A stretch of 64,000 nucleotides of DNA from Deltaproteobacteria bacterium (GCA_019310975.1 JAFDDH010000010.1:1375-65374); one strand, 5' to 3'. Positions 43,282 to 52,701 are shown, numbered from the stretch's first letter. Notes: generated from the sequence alone by a model not told the origin. Translations and numbers: made by a program.

Positions 43282-43728
43282 GTGGGGGCCGGTGTAGTTT
43301 GGATCGACCGCGCAGCGCGGCCGGAGGCCCAGTTGACTCGCGACAACCAATTTGCCGAATACTGCCGGCGCGTGTGCGAAGCGCAGGGCTGGGAGCTGCT
43401 TCCTACGGGCATCAACGTGCGCTTCGGGGACGGAAGGCATCAGCTCGTCTCGCTGGAGCTCTTCGAGCTCGGCCGCGAGATGTTGGTGCGGCTGTCCAGC
43501 GGAATTGGCGATGTGGCTGCGCTCAGCCGGGAGCAGCTGGAGAGTGCCCTCCAGCACAACGCAGAGCTCGCGCACGGTGCTCTGGCGATCCGCGGCGCTG
43601 AACTCTGTATGACCGACACGTTGATGGTCGAAGCCACGGGGCCGGCAGAGATCGAGGCTGCGGTGGAGTATCTTGCCAACCTCGCGGATGTCTACGAGAA
43701 CACCTTCTTCGGTACCGACGTCCACTGA
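43282..43728 (+). CDS. hypothetical cytoplasmic protein (YbjN / secretion-chaperone-like pattern, tentative)
   Basis: GTG start and good coding composition. The fold guess rests only on the a/b pattern and the acidic C-terminus. Confidence 0.6.
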   Translation: MGAGVVWIDRAARPEAQLTRDNQFAEYCRRVCEAQGWELLPTGINVRFGDGRHQLVSLELFELGREMLVRLSSGIGDVAALSREQLESALQHNAELAHGALAIRGAELCMTDTLMVEATGPAEIEAAVEYLANLADVYENTFFGTDVH

Positions 43729-43736
43729 CCACCTCG

Positions 43737-44876
43737 ATGTACAACGACACCCTGGCTCCTTTTGCGAATGGATTCAGCGTCACCGGCCACCCGGTGCACA
43801 CGCGCTCTCTCGAGGTCGAGGTCGACCAGGCCGAGGACGGTCGGATGCGTGCGGGAGGCCGCATCCTGGATCTGCGCAAGCACGGCTTCGTGCCGACGGG
43901 TGGCGACCTGCAAATGTCGGGCTTCATCCACAACATGATGGTGGACGCCTGGGTCGATCCGGAGACGCGGGTACTCGAGGTCATCGAGCCGACGCAGCCC
44001 GTCGTGGCCTTCGAGTCCAGCCCGCGCATCGGGGGCGAAAGCTGCCGCGACACCGCCCACCACCTGCGCGATCTGGCGGGCGAGCGGCTCGACGACGGCT
44101 TCGCGAAGAAGCTCTCACAGCGCTTCGGTGGTCCGCTCGGCTGCTCGCACCTGCTGACCCTCACACAGCTACTCGCCTCGACGCTGCGCGGCGCACTCGA
44201 TCTGGAGGCCGTGGTCGCGAAATCGAGTCCCCCGCGCGAGCCCGGCGAGCGGATATTCAAGCGCAGCCTCGTGGTGGACGGCTTCGAGCAGGATGATGGA
44301 GCCAGGATGGCCCTCACCCTGCAGCAGAATGACGTGCTCACGACGCCATTCGGGCTGGTCGAGTCGCCCCTGGACCGCTTTCGCCGTCAGCACGAGGTGC
44401 GCGTGCTCGCTCATGTCGATATGCAGACGATGACCTTCGCGGACATCACCGGCGAGGAACGCACGCGCGATCGGGAGCGGCTGGTCGGGCCGAGATGGGA
44501 GAGCCGCGCGGACTTGCTGGCTCCCTTCGTCGGCCAGTCCGCCCTCTCCGGTCTCGCTGCCTCACTCATGAGTCATTTTGGCGACGATCCAGCGCACCGC
44601 GCACTGCTCGATGTGATGCTGAACTTCGCGCCCGGCCTGATCCAGTGCATGGCCGCCATGGCGCACCGAATCGTCGAGAAGAGCCAGAGCAACGAGCCGG
44701 ATACCCTGGGCGGGCCCAGCATCGTGCAGCTCGGGGGCCAGGCCGATAGCTGCTACATCTGGCGAGCCGGCGGGCCCGGGCAACGGATGTGGGGCTGGGT
44801 GGATGATGGTGGGGCGGATCTTGGAGGCGTGGGCGAAGGTGGAGTGGGCGAAGGCGGAGTGGACGAAGAGACGTGA
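43737..44876 (+). CDS. hypothetical protein, tentatively duplicated DUF2889-like, with C-terminal GGVGEGGV repeats
   Basis: ATG 43737. FGGPLGCSHLLTLTQLL resembles the G-C-x-H-L motif I associate with DUF2889. The tail is encoded by 18-nt tandem repeats at about 44806-44870. Confidence 0.7.
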   Translation: MYNDTLAPFANGFSVTGHPVHTRSLEVEVDQAEDGRMRAGGRILDLRKHGFVPTGGDLQMSGFIHNMMVDAWVDPETRVLEVIEPTQPVVAFESSPRIGGESCRDTAHHLRDLAGERLDDGFAKKLSQRFGGPLGCSHLLTLTQLLASTLRGALDLEAVVAKSSPPREPGERIFKRSLVVDGFEQDDGARMALTLQQNDVLTTPFGLVESPLDRFRRQHEVRVLAHVDMQTMTFADITGEERTRDRERLVGPRWESRADLLAPFVGQSALSGLAASLMSHFGDDPAHRALLDVMLNFAPGLIQCMAAMAHRIVEKSQSNEPDTLGGPSIVQLGGQADSCYIWRAGGPGQRMWGWVDDGGADLGGVGEGGVGEGGVDEET

Positions 44877-44891
44877 GCGCCGCGCGCCCGC

Positions 44892-45539
44892 TCAGGCGGC
44901 GCCGCCGCCAAGCAGCGCGCGTCCGGCCGCGACGAGTCCGAGCGCCAGCAGTAGAGCGCCCATCACGCGCATCGCAATCGCACGCGCGCGCGCCGAGATG
45001 TGGGCGTGGTGCTGGTGGAGGAGTCGCAGTACGACGGCGAACCACAGCATGATTCCCATGCCCACGCCGAGCCCGAATGGGATCGCAAGCCCGGGTGCCG
45101 GCTCGAGCAGGCCGAGCGAGTAGACGAGCGCGATCGCGGCCGCCCAGTTGACGATCAAGGTCGGATTCAAGCCGGTGAGCGAAAGACCAAGCAATAGGCT
45201 GCGCGCCGCACCGGTTTCGGGCACGGACTCGGCGGAGGTCAGCGCGGCGGGGCGTCCGGCGCGCAGCACGAGCAGCCCGCCGATGCCCAGCAGCAGGAGC
45301 ACACTGATGGCCTGAGAGATGGGCTCGATCCAGGCGTGCCGTTCGACCAGCGCCGCAAATCCCCACAGCGCGAGACACGCCCAGGTGCTCTCCGGGATCG
45401 AGGATCCGAGCCCGACCAGTCCGGCCGCGCGCGCGCGCCCCTCCAGACCGAGGCTCACGACGAGTGCAGTCGTTGGACCCGCCACCGGAATCGAGCTCGC
45501 CATGCCCATTATGAGTCCGATCACCCATGCGGTGAGCAA
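44892..45539 (-). CDS. LysE/RhtB-family amino-acid exporter
   Basis: TTG 45539. Six hydrophobic spans, SIPVAGPTTALVV (PGP-like motif), size about 215 aa. Confidence 0.85.
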   Translation of the reverse strand: MLTAWVIGLIMGMASSIPVAGPTTALVVSLGLEGRARAAGLVGLGSSIPESTWACLALWGFAALVERHAWIEPISQAISVLLLLGIGGLLVLRAGRPAALTSAESVPETGAARSLLLGLSLTGLNPTLIVNWAAAIALVYSLGLLEPAPGLAIPFGLGVGMGIMLWFAVVLRLLHQHHAHISARARAIAMRVMGALLLALGLVAAGRALLGGGAA

Positions 45540-45659
45540 TGGTCCGTCCCGTCCTCGTCGTGGTGAGGGTGATTCCGGCGCGTTCGAGGCGTCTCACGAC
45601 GCGCGGACTCTATCGCAGGCCGCGTCTTCGCGTAGGCCAATCTCGAACGCTTAAACAGG

Positions 45660-46529
45660 CTATCCGCCCAGGGGCTCCATGACGTCGCGGCGGAACGTTT
45701 CGAGCACCTTGCGCATCTCCCCCAGGTCGCCCGTGGGTGCCGAGATCAGCAGCCGATCGACGCCCTGCTTCAAGTATGTGTTGGCGACCGCCGGGTCGAG
45801 GTTCGTCATACACGTCACCTCGATCGCTGCCGGATCCCGCCCGCTCTCCTCCGCGCTTGCGCGCATCAGCGCAAGCAGGTCGTCGAGCTTCGATCCCGTC
45901 AGTCCCAGCGGATAGATGCCGTCACCCAGCCGCCCAGCGCGACGCGCGGCGGCCCTGCTGTGGCCGCCCACGATGATGGGTACGCCCTGCGATGAGAGCG
46001 GCTTGGGTCGGCTCACCACCTTCTCGAAGCGGAAATGATCGCCCTCGTAGCTGGAGATCGGCTCGCACCAGAGTGCGCGCATGGCCTCGATGGCTTCGTC
46101 GCAGCGCCGCCCGCGGCTCGCGAAGTCCGTGCCCGCGGCCTCGGCCTCTTCGCGCACCCAACCCACCCCGACACCCAGCAGCACGCGTCCGCCCGAGAGC
46201 CGATCGAGGCTCGCCACCGTCTTGGCGAGCACGACGGGATTGCGGAGCGGCAGGATCAGGATGCCGGTTGCGAGCTTGATTCGCTGCGTGGAGGCGGCTA
46301 CCCAGCCGAGCCAGATCAACGGATCGGGCTGCACGACATCTTCGTGGAAGGGCGTGCGTCCGCTCGGATCGTAGGGATAGGTGGATGTGTAATCCGGGCA
46401 CATGACCACGTGATCGACCGCCCAGATGGACTCGAAGCCCAGCTCCTCGGCGAGCCGTCCGAACTCCGCCGCGTAGTCGCCGTCCTCGACCGGGCCAAGC
46501 TGGTAGGGCGCCATGATTCCGAACTTCAT
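45660..46529 (-). CDS. LLM-class (luciferase-like) F420/flavin-dependent oxidoreductase
   Basis: ATG 46529. Sequence: MKFGIMAPY...GFESIWAVDHV...LILPLRNPVVLAKTVASLDRLSGGRVLLGVGVGW. Confidence 0.9.
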   Translation of the reverse strand: MKFGIMAPYQLGPVEDGDYAAEFGRLAEELGFESIWAVDHVVMCPDYTSTYPYDPSGRTPFHEDVVQPDPLIWLGWVAASTQRIKLATGILILPLRNPVVLAKTVASLDRLSGGRVLLGVGVGWVREEAEAAGTDFASRGRRCDEAIEAMRALWCEPISSYEGDHFRFEKVVSRPKPLSSQGVPIIVGGHSRAAARRAGRLGDGIYPLGLTGSKLDDLLALMRASAEESGRDPAAIEVTCMTNLDPAVANTYLKQGVDRLLISAPTGDLGEMRKVLETFRRDVMEPLGG

Positions 46530-46714
46530 ACGCTGGGCTCCCGGATTGGCGCGGGCACTGCCCGACACGCGAATTGGCTGCTGAATCCTCCAGGCTAGCA
46601 GCGTCCGCATCGGCCGCCGGGGTGGCGCTATCTCTCCGGTATTGCGCGGGATTCCGTCGCACACCGGAGGCGGGGGCGAGCTTCGGAGATGGCCGTTCGG
46701 CGACTTCACTGCAA

Positions 46715-46730
46715 TGTGACTGTCGTCACA
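46715..46730. promoter_or_regulatory. perfect CRP/FNR-family-type palindrome TGTGA-N6-TCACA
   Basis: The sequence tgtgactgtcgtcaca read directly. It is centred about 60 nt upstream of ATG 46783, with a CATCAT -10-like hexamer at 46752-46757, which gives class-II-like spacing. Confidence 0.45.
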
Positions 46731-46782
46731 GAAGAGCGGATCTGCGGGCTTCATCATGCGGCGCCAGGAGGGTATCCCCCAA

Positions 46783-46998
46783 ATGTGGACCATTCACAAG
46801 ATCGCGAAGCTGCTGGTTGCCTTGTTGGTGGCCAGCACCCTGTCCTTCACCGCGATGGCAGATAGCCACGAAGCCGGCGAGAGCGCCGGTGCCGACGAGG
46901 TCGAGGCGAGCGACACCACCGACGCCCCGCCCGTGGACTCCGCTCCGCCGGAATCCGACGAAGCAGCCGGTGACACCGCAGAAGAGGCTCAGGACTAG
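46783..46998 (+). CDS. small secreted, extremely acidic protein (71 aa precursor)
   Basis: AGGAGGG RBS. Signal peptide MWTIHKIAKLLVALLVASTLSFTAMA. The mature part is D/E/A/S/P-rich with no Lys or Arg. Confidence 0.6.
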   Translation: MWTIHKIAKLLVALLVASTLSFTAMADSHEAGESAGADEVEASDTTDAPPVDSAPPESDEAAGDTAEEAQD

Positions 46999-47015
46999 CT
47001 GCCTGTTCAAAGTCC

Positions 47016-47053
47016 GCGGGCAGTGGGGCCGGCACGCCGGCCCCACTGCCCGC
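47016..47053 (+). terminator. perfect 17-bp GC-rich hairpin (terminator or REP-like)
   Basis: gcgggcagtggggccgg-cacg-ccggccccactgcccgc, located 18 nt after the stop codon. There is no immediate U-tract; TTTT occurs 12 nt later. Confidence 0.5.
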
Positions 47054-47186
47054 GCGCGATCCGCATTTTCGACGCGGATGAGTGGGCCGACCCAGGTGCG
47101 GTCGACGATCCACTGCGCGAAGCCTCCGGCCGTCATGACCGTTCCCGTGGTTGCGTACACGGATCCGATCGGAGAACGTTCCGCGC

Positions 47187-48248
47187 ATGCCGGAGAGCTC
47201 CGCACCGGTTCCGCCGTCCGTCCTGGCCGCGCTCGGCGCCTGGAAGGGCCTCGAAGGCGCGCACGTCGAGCCGCTCCCGGGTGGCCTCGTCAATACCAGC
47301 TATACGGTGAGGACGCCGGACGCCACATTCATCGCGCAGCGCGTGAACCCGATTTTTTCGCCGCGCATCCACGACAATATTGTGGCCGTGAGCTCGCACC
47401 TCGCGAGCAAAGGCGAGCTGAGCGTGGAGCTCGTCCCGACGCGCGACGGTCGTCTCTTCGTGGAGCAGGCTGGCGAGGGCTGCATACGCCTGCTCGCGCG
47501 TTTGGACGGCACGACCTTCGATATCTGTTCAGGGGCCGCGCCGGCGCGTAGCGCCGGCGCGTTGATCGCCCGCTTCCACGAGGCGTTGGCCGATTTCGAC
47601 GCTCGGCTGCACCCGCTCGGATTCCCCTTCCACGATACGCGTCGTCATCTCGAGGATCTGGGCGACGCACTCGGCCGGCACGTCGGCCACGCCTTCCACT
47701 CGGACGTGGCGCGTCTGGCCGACGGTATCCTGCACGCCTCGCGGGAGTGGAGCCCTGGCGAGTCGCTGCCGTGCCGCGTCGTGCACGGCGACCTGAAGTT
47801 CAGCAACGTGCTCTTCGCCGGTGCGTCGCCGCCCGATAGTGAGCGAGCGGCTGCGTTGATCGACCTCGACACGCTCTGCCGCCTTCCGCTCTACTACGAC
47901 CTCGGCGATGCCTGGCGGTCCTGGTGCAATACGCGGGGTGAGGATGCGAGCGAGGCCGAGCTCGACGCATCGATCTTCGAAGCCTCTGCCGAGGGCTACC
48001 TCTCGGCGCTCTCTTCGTCGCCGAGCCGGGATGAGCTGGTCTCCTTTGGCGAAGCGCTCGAGCGGATCAGCCTCGAGGTGTGTGCGCGCTTCGCCGCGGA
48101 CGTGCTCGAGGAGAGCTATTTCGACTGGGACCCAGCGCGCTTTGCGTCGGCGGCTGAACACAACTGGCTGCGGGCACGCGGGCAGTGGAGCCTCTACGAG
48201 CAGGCGAAGGCCACGCGCGAGGAGCGTCTTCGCTTCCTGCTTGGGTAG
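47187..48248 (+). CDS. aminoglycoside/choline-kinase-type phosphotransferase (APH family)
   Basis: ATG 47187. Motifs: GGLVNTSY, and VVHGDLKFSNVLF...LIDLDT (Brenner and DxD motifs). Confidence 0.8.
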   Translation: MPESSAPVPPSVLAALGAWKGLEGAHVEPLPGGLVNTSYTVRTPDATFIAQRVNPIFSPRIHDNIVAVSSHLASKGELSVELVPTRDGRLFVEQAGEGCIRLLARLDGTTFDICSGAAPARSAGALIARFHEALADFDARLHPLGFPFHDTRRHLEDLGDALGRHVGHAFHSDVARLADGILHASREWSPGESLPCRVVHGDLKFSNVLFAGASPPDSERAAALIDLDTLCRLPLYYDLGDAWRSWCNTRGEDASEAELDASIFEASAEGYLSALSSSPSRDELVSFGEALERISLEVCARFAADVLEESYFDWDPARFASAAEHNWLRARGQWSLYEQAKATREERLRFLLG

Positions 48249-48350
48249 AAGAATGCTCGGCGCCAGAGGGGAAACTCGCGCAGGGCTGAGCGCAGGAGCG
48301 AGCCCGTAGAGAAGCGGCATGGTGATCGACGAATCCGAGGTGTCCGGCCT

Positions 48351-49064
48351 TCAGTCTTGGGCCTCGCGCGCCTTGCGCTGTTCGTTCTTCCAGGATTCGG
48401 CCGCGTAGTCGATCACCGAGACCGCTTGGCCGCGCGAGCCGGTGCCGATCAGGTTCACCTTGCTGCGCTTGCCATGTGCGTTGGCCCACCACAGGCTGAG
48501 AATCTCGTCGGACCCGGGATAGCGGCGGCGCAGGGACTCGATGTCGAAGACGTCTTTGAGGGTTGGCCCCTCCATCACGGCGAGCACCTTGTCGTCCTGC
48601 TCCATGCGATCCACCACGCGAATCACACCGATCGCGCGGGCTCTTACGGTCGTGCCACGTGGCACGGCGGGGCCGATCACCATGACGTCGAGAGCGCCGC
48701 CGTCCCCGCCCTGCTCGATGCTGAGCAGCGTGCGCGGGATCAGGCCGTAATTGCCCGGGTAGGGGAGGTAGTCGATCACGCGGGGGTTCTCGCCGGTGAA
48801 GTCTCGCACCAGCCGGGTGCCGTCCTCGTTGACTTCCCACTTCTCGCTGGTACCCGCCGGAATTTCGATTACCGCGTTGATCGTGCCGTCGGCGTTCTTC
48901 GGCATGTGGTTGGTGAGGAGATTGCGCTTGGATTTGTACGCGTAGGGGCCGTCGCGGCTGAGGCCCGCCGCAACGGGCATTTGGCCGCCGCCGCTCGCAC
49001 ACGCGTTCGCGAGCAGGGCAACGAAGAGCGGAATCGTGACTCGGTGCAGGGCGCGCTCGGGCAT
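48351..49064 (-). CDS. ppa: family I inorganic pyrophosphatase with N-terminal export signal
   Basis: ATG 49064 with a GAGGAGAAGG RBS. VIEIPAGTSEKWEV, YPGNYGLIPRT, GDGGALDVMV and DDKVLAV parallel E. coli Ppa. Leader: VTIPLFVALLANA-C. Confidence 0.85.
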   Translation of the reverse strand: MPERALHRVTIPLFVALLANACASGGGQMPVAAGLSRDGPYAYKSKRNLLTNHMPKNADGTINAVIEIPAGTSEKWEVNEDGTRLVRDFTGENPRVIDYLPYPGNYGLIPRTLLSIEQGGDGGALDVMVIGPAVPRGTTVRARAIGVIRVVDRMEQDDKVLAVMEGPTLKDVFDIESLRRRYPGSDEILSLWWANAHGKRSKVNLIGTGSRGQAVSVIDYAAESWKNEQRKAREAQD

Positions 49065-49283
49065 GCCTTCTCCTCGTGCTGGGCGCTCGGCTCGTCCCGG
49101 CAATGGGCAGCCGCACGCGGGGCGGGGGATCTTTCTAGCCCATCGACCCCAGCTTGGCGTCCTCCCAGACCGTCCTCCCAGACAACGGCCAGGACTTGGC
49201 CGCACCCGCCCGCCCGCTGGTCCCGCGGGGCTTGGGACCGCCAGATGGGACAGAGTCCGTGCCTTGCCGCATGCTCGGCCAGG

Positions 49284-50444
49284 ATGAGAGGTCGAGGGAT
49301 CCGCTGGTGGATACTGCTGGCCGTCGTCGGGTTGGGGGGCGCTTCGCTGGGCGCCTCGGCGCCGGCGCCGCGCAGTATTGATTCCAATCGGCAGTGGGAC
49401 GTGCTTCCGGCTGTCTCGGATCCCGAGGGTCGGCGCCGCACGTTGGCGGCCGCCGCACGGGCGCTCGGGGACTGGCAGGTCCATCTCTCCGGTGTCGCGA
49501 TCGGCGCTGCCGATCTGCAGGCCATCGCGGCGACGCCTGCCGGCGAGTCGCTGGTCCGCGCGCTACGCGAGCATACGCGCCGTGCGATCGACCTCGATGA
49601 TTTCCTCCTCTTCCTGGATGATGTGCTGCGAGACGGGCGTGCGGGCCTGCGCGGTGAGCTGGTCTGGGTGACGCCCGGGCGGGGGCGCCGGCATGGCATC
49701 CTCATCCACCCGGATGAGGTCTTCGCGGGCGAGCCGCGCCGCTACGGTGTGCGCGGCCGGATCGTCATCGATCAACCGCGCCCGCAGCGTGCTCACGCGC
49801 CGGCCGCCGACGGCGATCCGCCCGGTCCCGGTTGGACGATGCGCTTTCGCAATCCCGAAGGCGAGGCCGAGATGCTGGCCGCGCTCTCGAAGCAGCGCGA
49901 GAGTGGCTCGTTTCAGGAGCGCATCGCCGACCTGATCGGCCAGCTGCGCGCACAGGGTGCGGATGTCTACCTCAACTCCACTTTGCGGAGCCCGGAGCGC
50001 GGCTACCTGATGTGGGGTGCGTGGCGGCTCTCGCGGTCGAAGGGCGAGAACGATCTGCGCCGAACGGCCGCCTCGCTGGAGGAGACGAATCTCTCCTGGG
50101 GGCTGGGTGTGCCGATCGTGTGGTGGCATCCGGCCGGCTGGCAGGCGACGCGCGAGGCCGCGCGCGAGATGGCCGACACCTACGACGTCGTCTATGCGAC
50201 CGAGCAGGGTGCGCGCTCGTCGCACCATTATACGGGTCACGCAGTGGATCTCGTGGCCGTGGGGCTGCCGCGCCGACTCGAATTCGTGGCGCCGGACGGG
50301 GCCGCGCGTTCCTTCGACCTCATGGAGGCCAATCAGACTCGCGATCTGAGCCTCACTCCCGAACTGATCGAGTGGATCGAGGCACACTTCCAGCTCAGCA
50401 AGTTGCGCAGCGACTATCCGCACTGGGACGATGCGCAGCGCTGA
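49284..50444 (+). CDS. secreted protein with C-terminal LAS/M15-type (VanY-like D,D-peptidase) domain
   Basis: ATG 49284. Signal peptide IRWWILLAVVGLGGASLGASA. Motifs: STLRSPERGY, HHYTGHAVDLV, YPHWD. Confidence 0.75.
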   Translation: MRGRGIRWWILLAVVGLGGASLGASAPAPRSIDSNRQWDVLPAVSDPEGRRRTLAAAARALGDWQVHLSGVAIGAADLQAIAATPAGESLVRALREHTRRAIDLDDFLLFLDDVLRDGRAGLRGELVWVTPGRGRRHGILIHPDEVFAGEPRRYGVRGRIVIDQPRPQRAHAPAADGDPPGPGWTMRFRNPEGEAEMLAALSKQRESGSFQERIADLIGQLRAQGADVYLNSTLRSPERGYLMWGAWRLSRSKGENDLRRTAASLEETNLSWGLGVPIVWWHPAGWQATREAAREMADTYDVVYATEQGARSSHHYTGHAVDLVAVGLPRRLEFVAPDGAARSFDLMEANQTRDLSLTPELIEWIEAHFQLSKLRSDYPHWDDAQR

Positions 50445-50481
50445 GTCTTTCCTCGTCGCCAATCCTGCGGAAGGGCCGCCG

Positions 50482-52521
50482 CTACTCTGGCCCGTACCAG
50501 ATCGGCGAGCTCCAAGCCCGCTCTTGAATGGTGCGCGGCGTTCCGGGCGCGTCGCAGTCCGCTGGGCGATCGTCGCCCTCTAGCGACAGGCACTGCCAGG
50601 CGTCGAAGCGGCAGCTGGGGTTCTCGACCACGCGTGCGTAGTAGACGGCGCGGCGTTCGGGATCGAATTTCGGGTCTTCCCATAGCGCGCAGAGTGTGTC
50701 GAAGCCCTTGCCCCAGGGCTGGCAGGTGGCGGTGTCCACCGACGCAGCACTCTGCGGATCTCCGCCCACATCGAAGACCTGCTGCTCGAGTCCGCCCGCG
50801 TCGTTCACCCATCCCTTCACGATCTGAATCCGCTCCAGTAGGCCACCCGGCGCGTCCTGCGTCCCGGGGTCGCGCGTCGCGGAGAGCAGGAAGCGCGGTG
50901 CCCGGTCGTTCCGGCTCCGGGCCGGCAGGTCCGATCCCATCGGAACCCCGGTCGCGTAGGCGGCGGCCACGGCCCCCGACCGCTCGCAGAGATCTGGCGC
51001 CAGCTCCCAGCCGCCGAAAAAGCGCACGCCGATGCGTGGTCCGCTGGTACCGAAGACCTCGCGCCGTCGCATCGCGTCGAAGAGGTCTGCGCGTGTGTTC
51101 TGCTCTGCCCAGACACCGATCAGTCCGCCTGGGTTGTTGCTTGCGTTGCCTGGAATCGACTTTTCCCAGGCGACCCGCTCTTGCGGCGTATCGTCACCGA
51201 GGCCCAGGTGGCCTGCGAAGTCGCGCTCGCGCACCCCGCCTGCCAGGCCATTATGGGTGTCGGTGCTGGCCATCAAGCCAAATTTGAATGGATTGACACC
51301 GATGCGCGCCTCCTCGACCAACCCCTGGATCAGCGCATAGCGGGCGTAGCTCATCGGAGAGAGGCAGTTCGGACCCAGATGAGGCACGCAGTCCGCGAAG
51401 CAGCCGTCATAGCAGGCGCCCGTATCCGCACCGTCCCCAGTGGTCCGGAACGCGAAATCCTCGAATTTCTCGAAGGAGCAGAGCTCGTCGGGCGCGCCCG
51501 CGACGCCAGGCATGTCGACGCGACATTCGGAATCGCCCTTGTGCTGCATGATCTCTACGATCGGTTCCGACGCCGCGCGCAGCCGTGCGCGATCACGCTG
51601 CGCGCCCTCTCCGCGGGCACCGGGGTAGTCGACGGCGAACATGCGCCCGTTGCTGATATTCGAGTTGTGCGGAATCGCGAGCACATCACAGCCGGTACCG
51701 GCCTCGCGGCACTGCACGCGGAGTGCTTCCCAGAGCTGCCACTCGCGGCGCGCCTCGATGTAGCTCGTCGGCAGCGCGGGGATGGCTGAGCCCTTGAAGA
51801 TCACGTTGCGGTGCAGGTTGGAGCCGAGGCGATGCGACGAGTACTCATATGCGATGAATGCAGTGCGCTCGCAGCGCTCGCTGGTGTCGTTCCACGTCTC
51901 GGCCGCGCGAATCGTCTCCGCCCAGGCGGCTCCGGCCGCGGCCCGGCAGCGCTCGCCACTCCATCCGCAGACGGAGATGCTGCGCCAGGGGATCGGACTC
52001 ATGATTCGTGCGATTAGATGAGGGTTACGGCCGCCGGAGCTCCGGTACGCAACGCAGAAGCGTGTAATGTAGGCCTCGGACTCGGGATCTCCGCAGAGTA
52101 GGCCTTCGCCCAGGAACTCGGCATGGTCGGTGACAGCCGCGAAGTCCAGGGGCCGATCGATTCGAATCGGGCGACCGCCGTCGTCGTAGGGTGGAAGCTC
52201 GATCCGCTCGCCGAACGCGTAGCGATAGGCGTCGTCGGGGGTCACGCGTACACCAAACGCCCAGGCGTCGGCAGAGAGTGCTGTGTGAACGTGCAGATCG
52301 CCATAGAAGGCGCGGCGCAGGGATGTTCGGTCGGCGCATAGTCGCTTCGGGGAGCTCGACTGGTCGAGGGGGGTGGGTAGTGGCTGATCTGATCCACCAC
52401 CACACGCGGTCCACACGATCGTGATGATCACGATTCCGATTGCCGAGTGTTGGCCGGCCAAGCCATCTCCTCCTGCGGGCCCGTGATGGAGTCTTGCACA
52501 TCTTCGTCCGCCCTCCGACAC
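50482..52521 (-). CDS. DUF3604-like (PHP-fold-like metal-dependent) exported protein / lipoprotein
   Basis: Motifs: FYGDLHVHTALSADA, AVTDHAEF, LAIPHNSN, ASTDTHNG. Lipobox IVWTAC. Start at GTG 52521 or TTG 52461. Confidence 0.8.
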   Translation of the reverse strand: MSEGGRRCARLHHGPAGGDGLAGQHSAIGIVIITIVWTACGGGSDQPLPTPLDQSSSPKRLCADRTSLRRAFYGDLHVHTALSADAWAFGVRVTPDDAYRYAFGERIELPPYDDGGRPIRIDRPLDFAAVTDHAEFLGEGLLCGDPESEAYITRFCVAYRSSGGRNPHLIARIMSPIPWRSISVCGWSGERCRAAAGAAWAETIRAAETWNDTSERCERTAFIAYEYSSHRLGSNLHRNVIFKGSAIPALPTSYIEARREWQLWEALRVQCREAGTGCDVLAIPHNSNISNGRMFAVDYPGARGEGAQRDRARLRAASEPIVEIMQHKGDSECRVDMPGVAGAPDELCSFEKFEDFAFRTTGDGADTGACYDGCFADCVPHLGPNCLSPMSYARYALIQGLVEEARIGVNPFKFGLMASTDTHNGLAGGVRERDFAGHLGLGDDTPQERVAWEKSIPGNASNNPGGLIGVWAEQNTRADLFDAMRRREVFGTSGPRIGVRFFGGWELAPDLCERSGAVAAAYATGVPMGSDLPARSRNDRAPRFLLSATRDPGTQDAPGGLLERIQIVKGWVNDAGGLEQQVFDVGGDPQSAASVDTATCQPWGKGFDTLCALWEDPKFDPERRAVYYARVVENPSCRFDAWQCLSLEGDDRPADCDAPGTPRTIQERAWSSPIWYGPE

Positions 52522-52692
52522 AGCTCGGAGCCGGCGGCGGGTGGCTTGCCGGACCTTGGAAAAAAACTTCGCCTCCGAGATTGACGAGGGGGATCCGCTC
52601 TCTACGAGATTCTCTGCCAGCGCGCGAGGTCCGATTTGCGAGCGCGTGTAGAGACGCGCGTGAGGTCTACGATGACGATCGTAGCGTGGCGA

Positions 52693-52701
52693 TGTTAGAA
52701 T
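52693..52701 (+). promoter_or_regulatory. extended -10-like element TGtTAGAAT
   Basis: Lies in the AT-richer intergenic region about 50 nt upstream of ATG 52753. Only a poor -35 element is present (ATGACG at 19 nt). Confidence 0.25.

Noticed and set aside
44806-44870. Short tandem repeats (ggcgtgggcgaaggtgga-like) considered as a possible CRISPR array or VNTR.
   Set aside because: There are only about 3 imperfect 18-nt units, no spacers, and they are in frame within a CDS (the GGVGEGGV tail).
48357-49283. First 309 codons of plus-strand ORF 48357..50444.
   Set aside because: It is antisense to the pyrophosphatase gene. The credible protein starts at ATG 49284 with a signal peptide.
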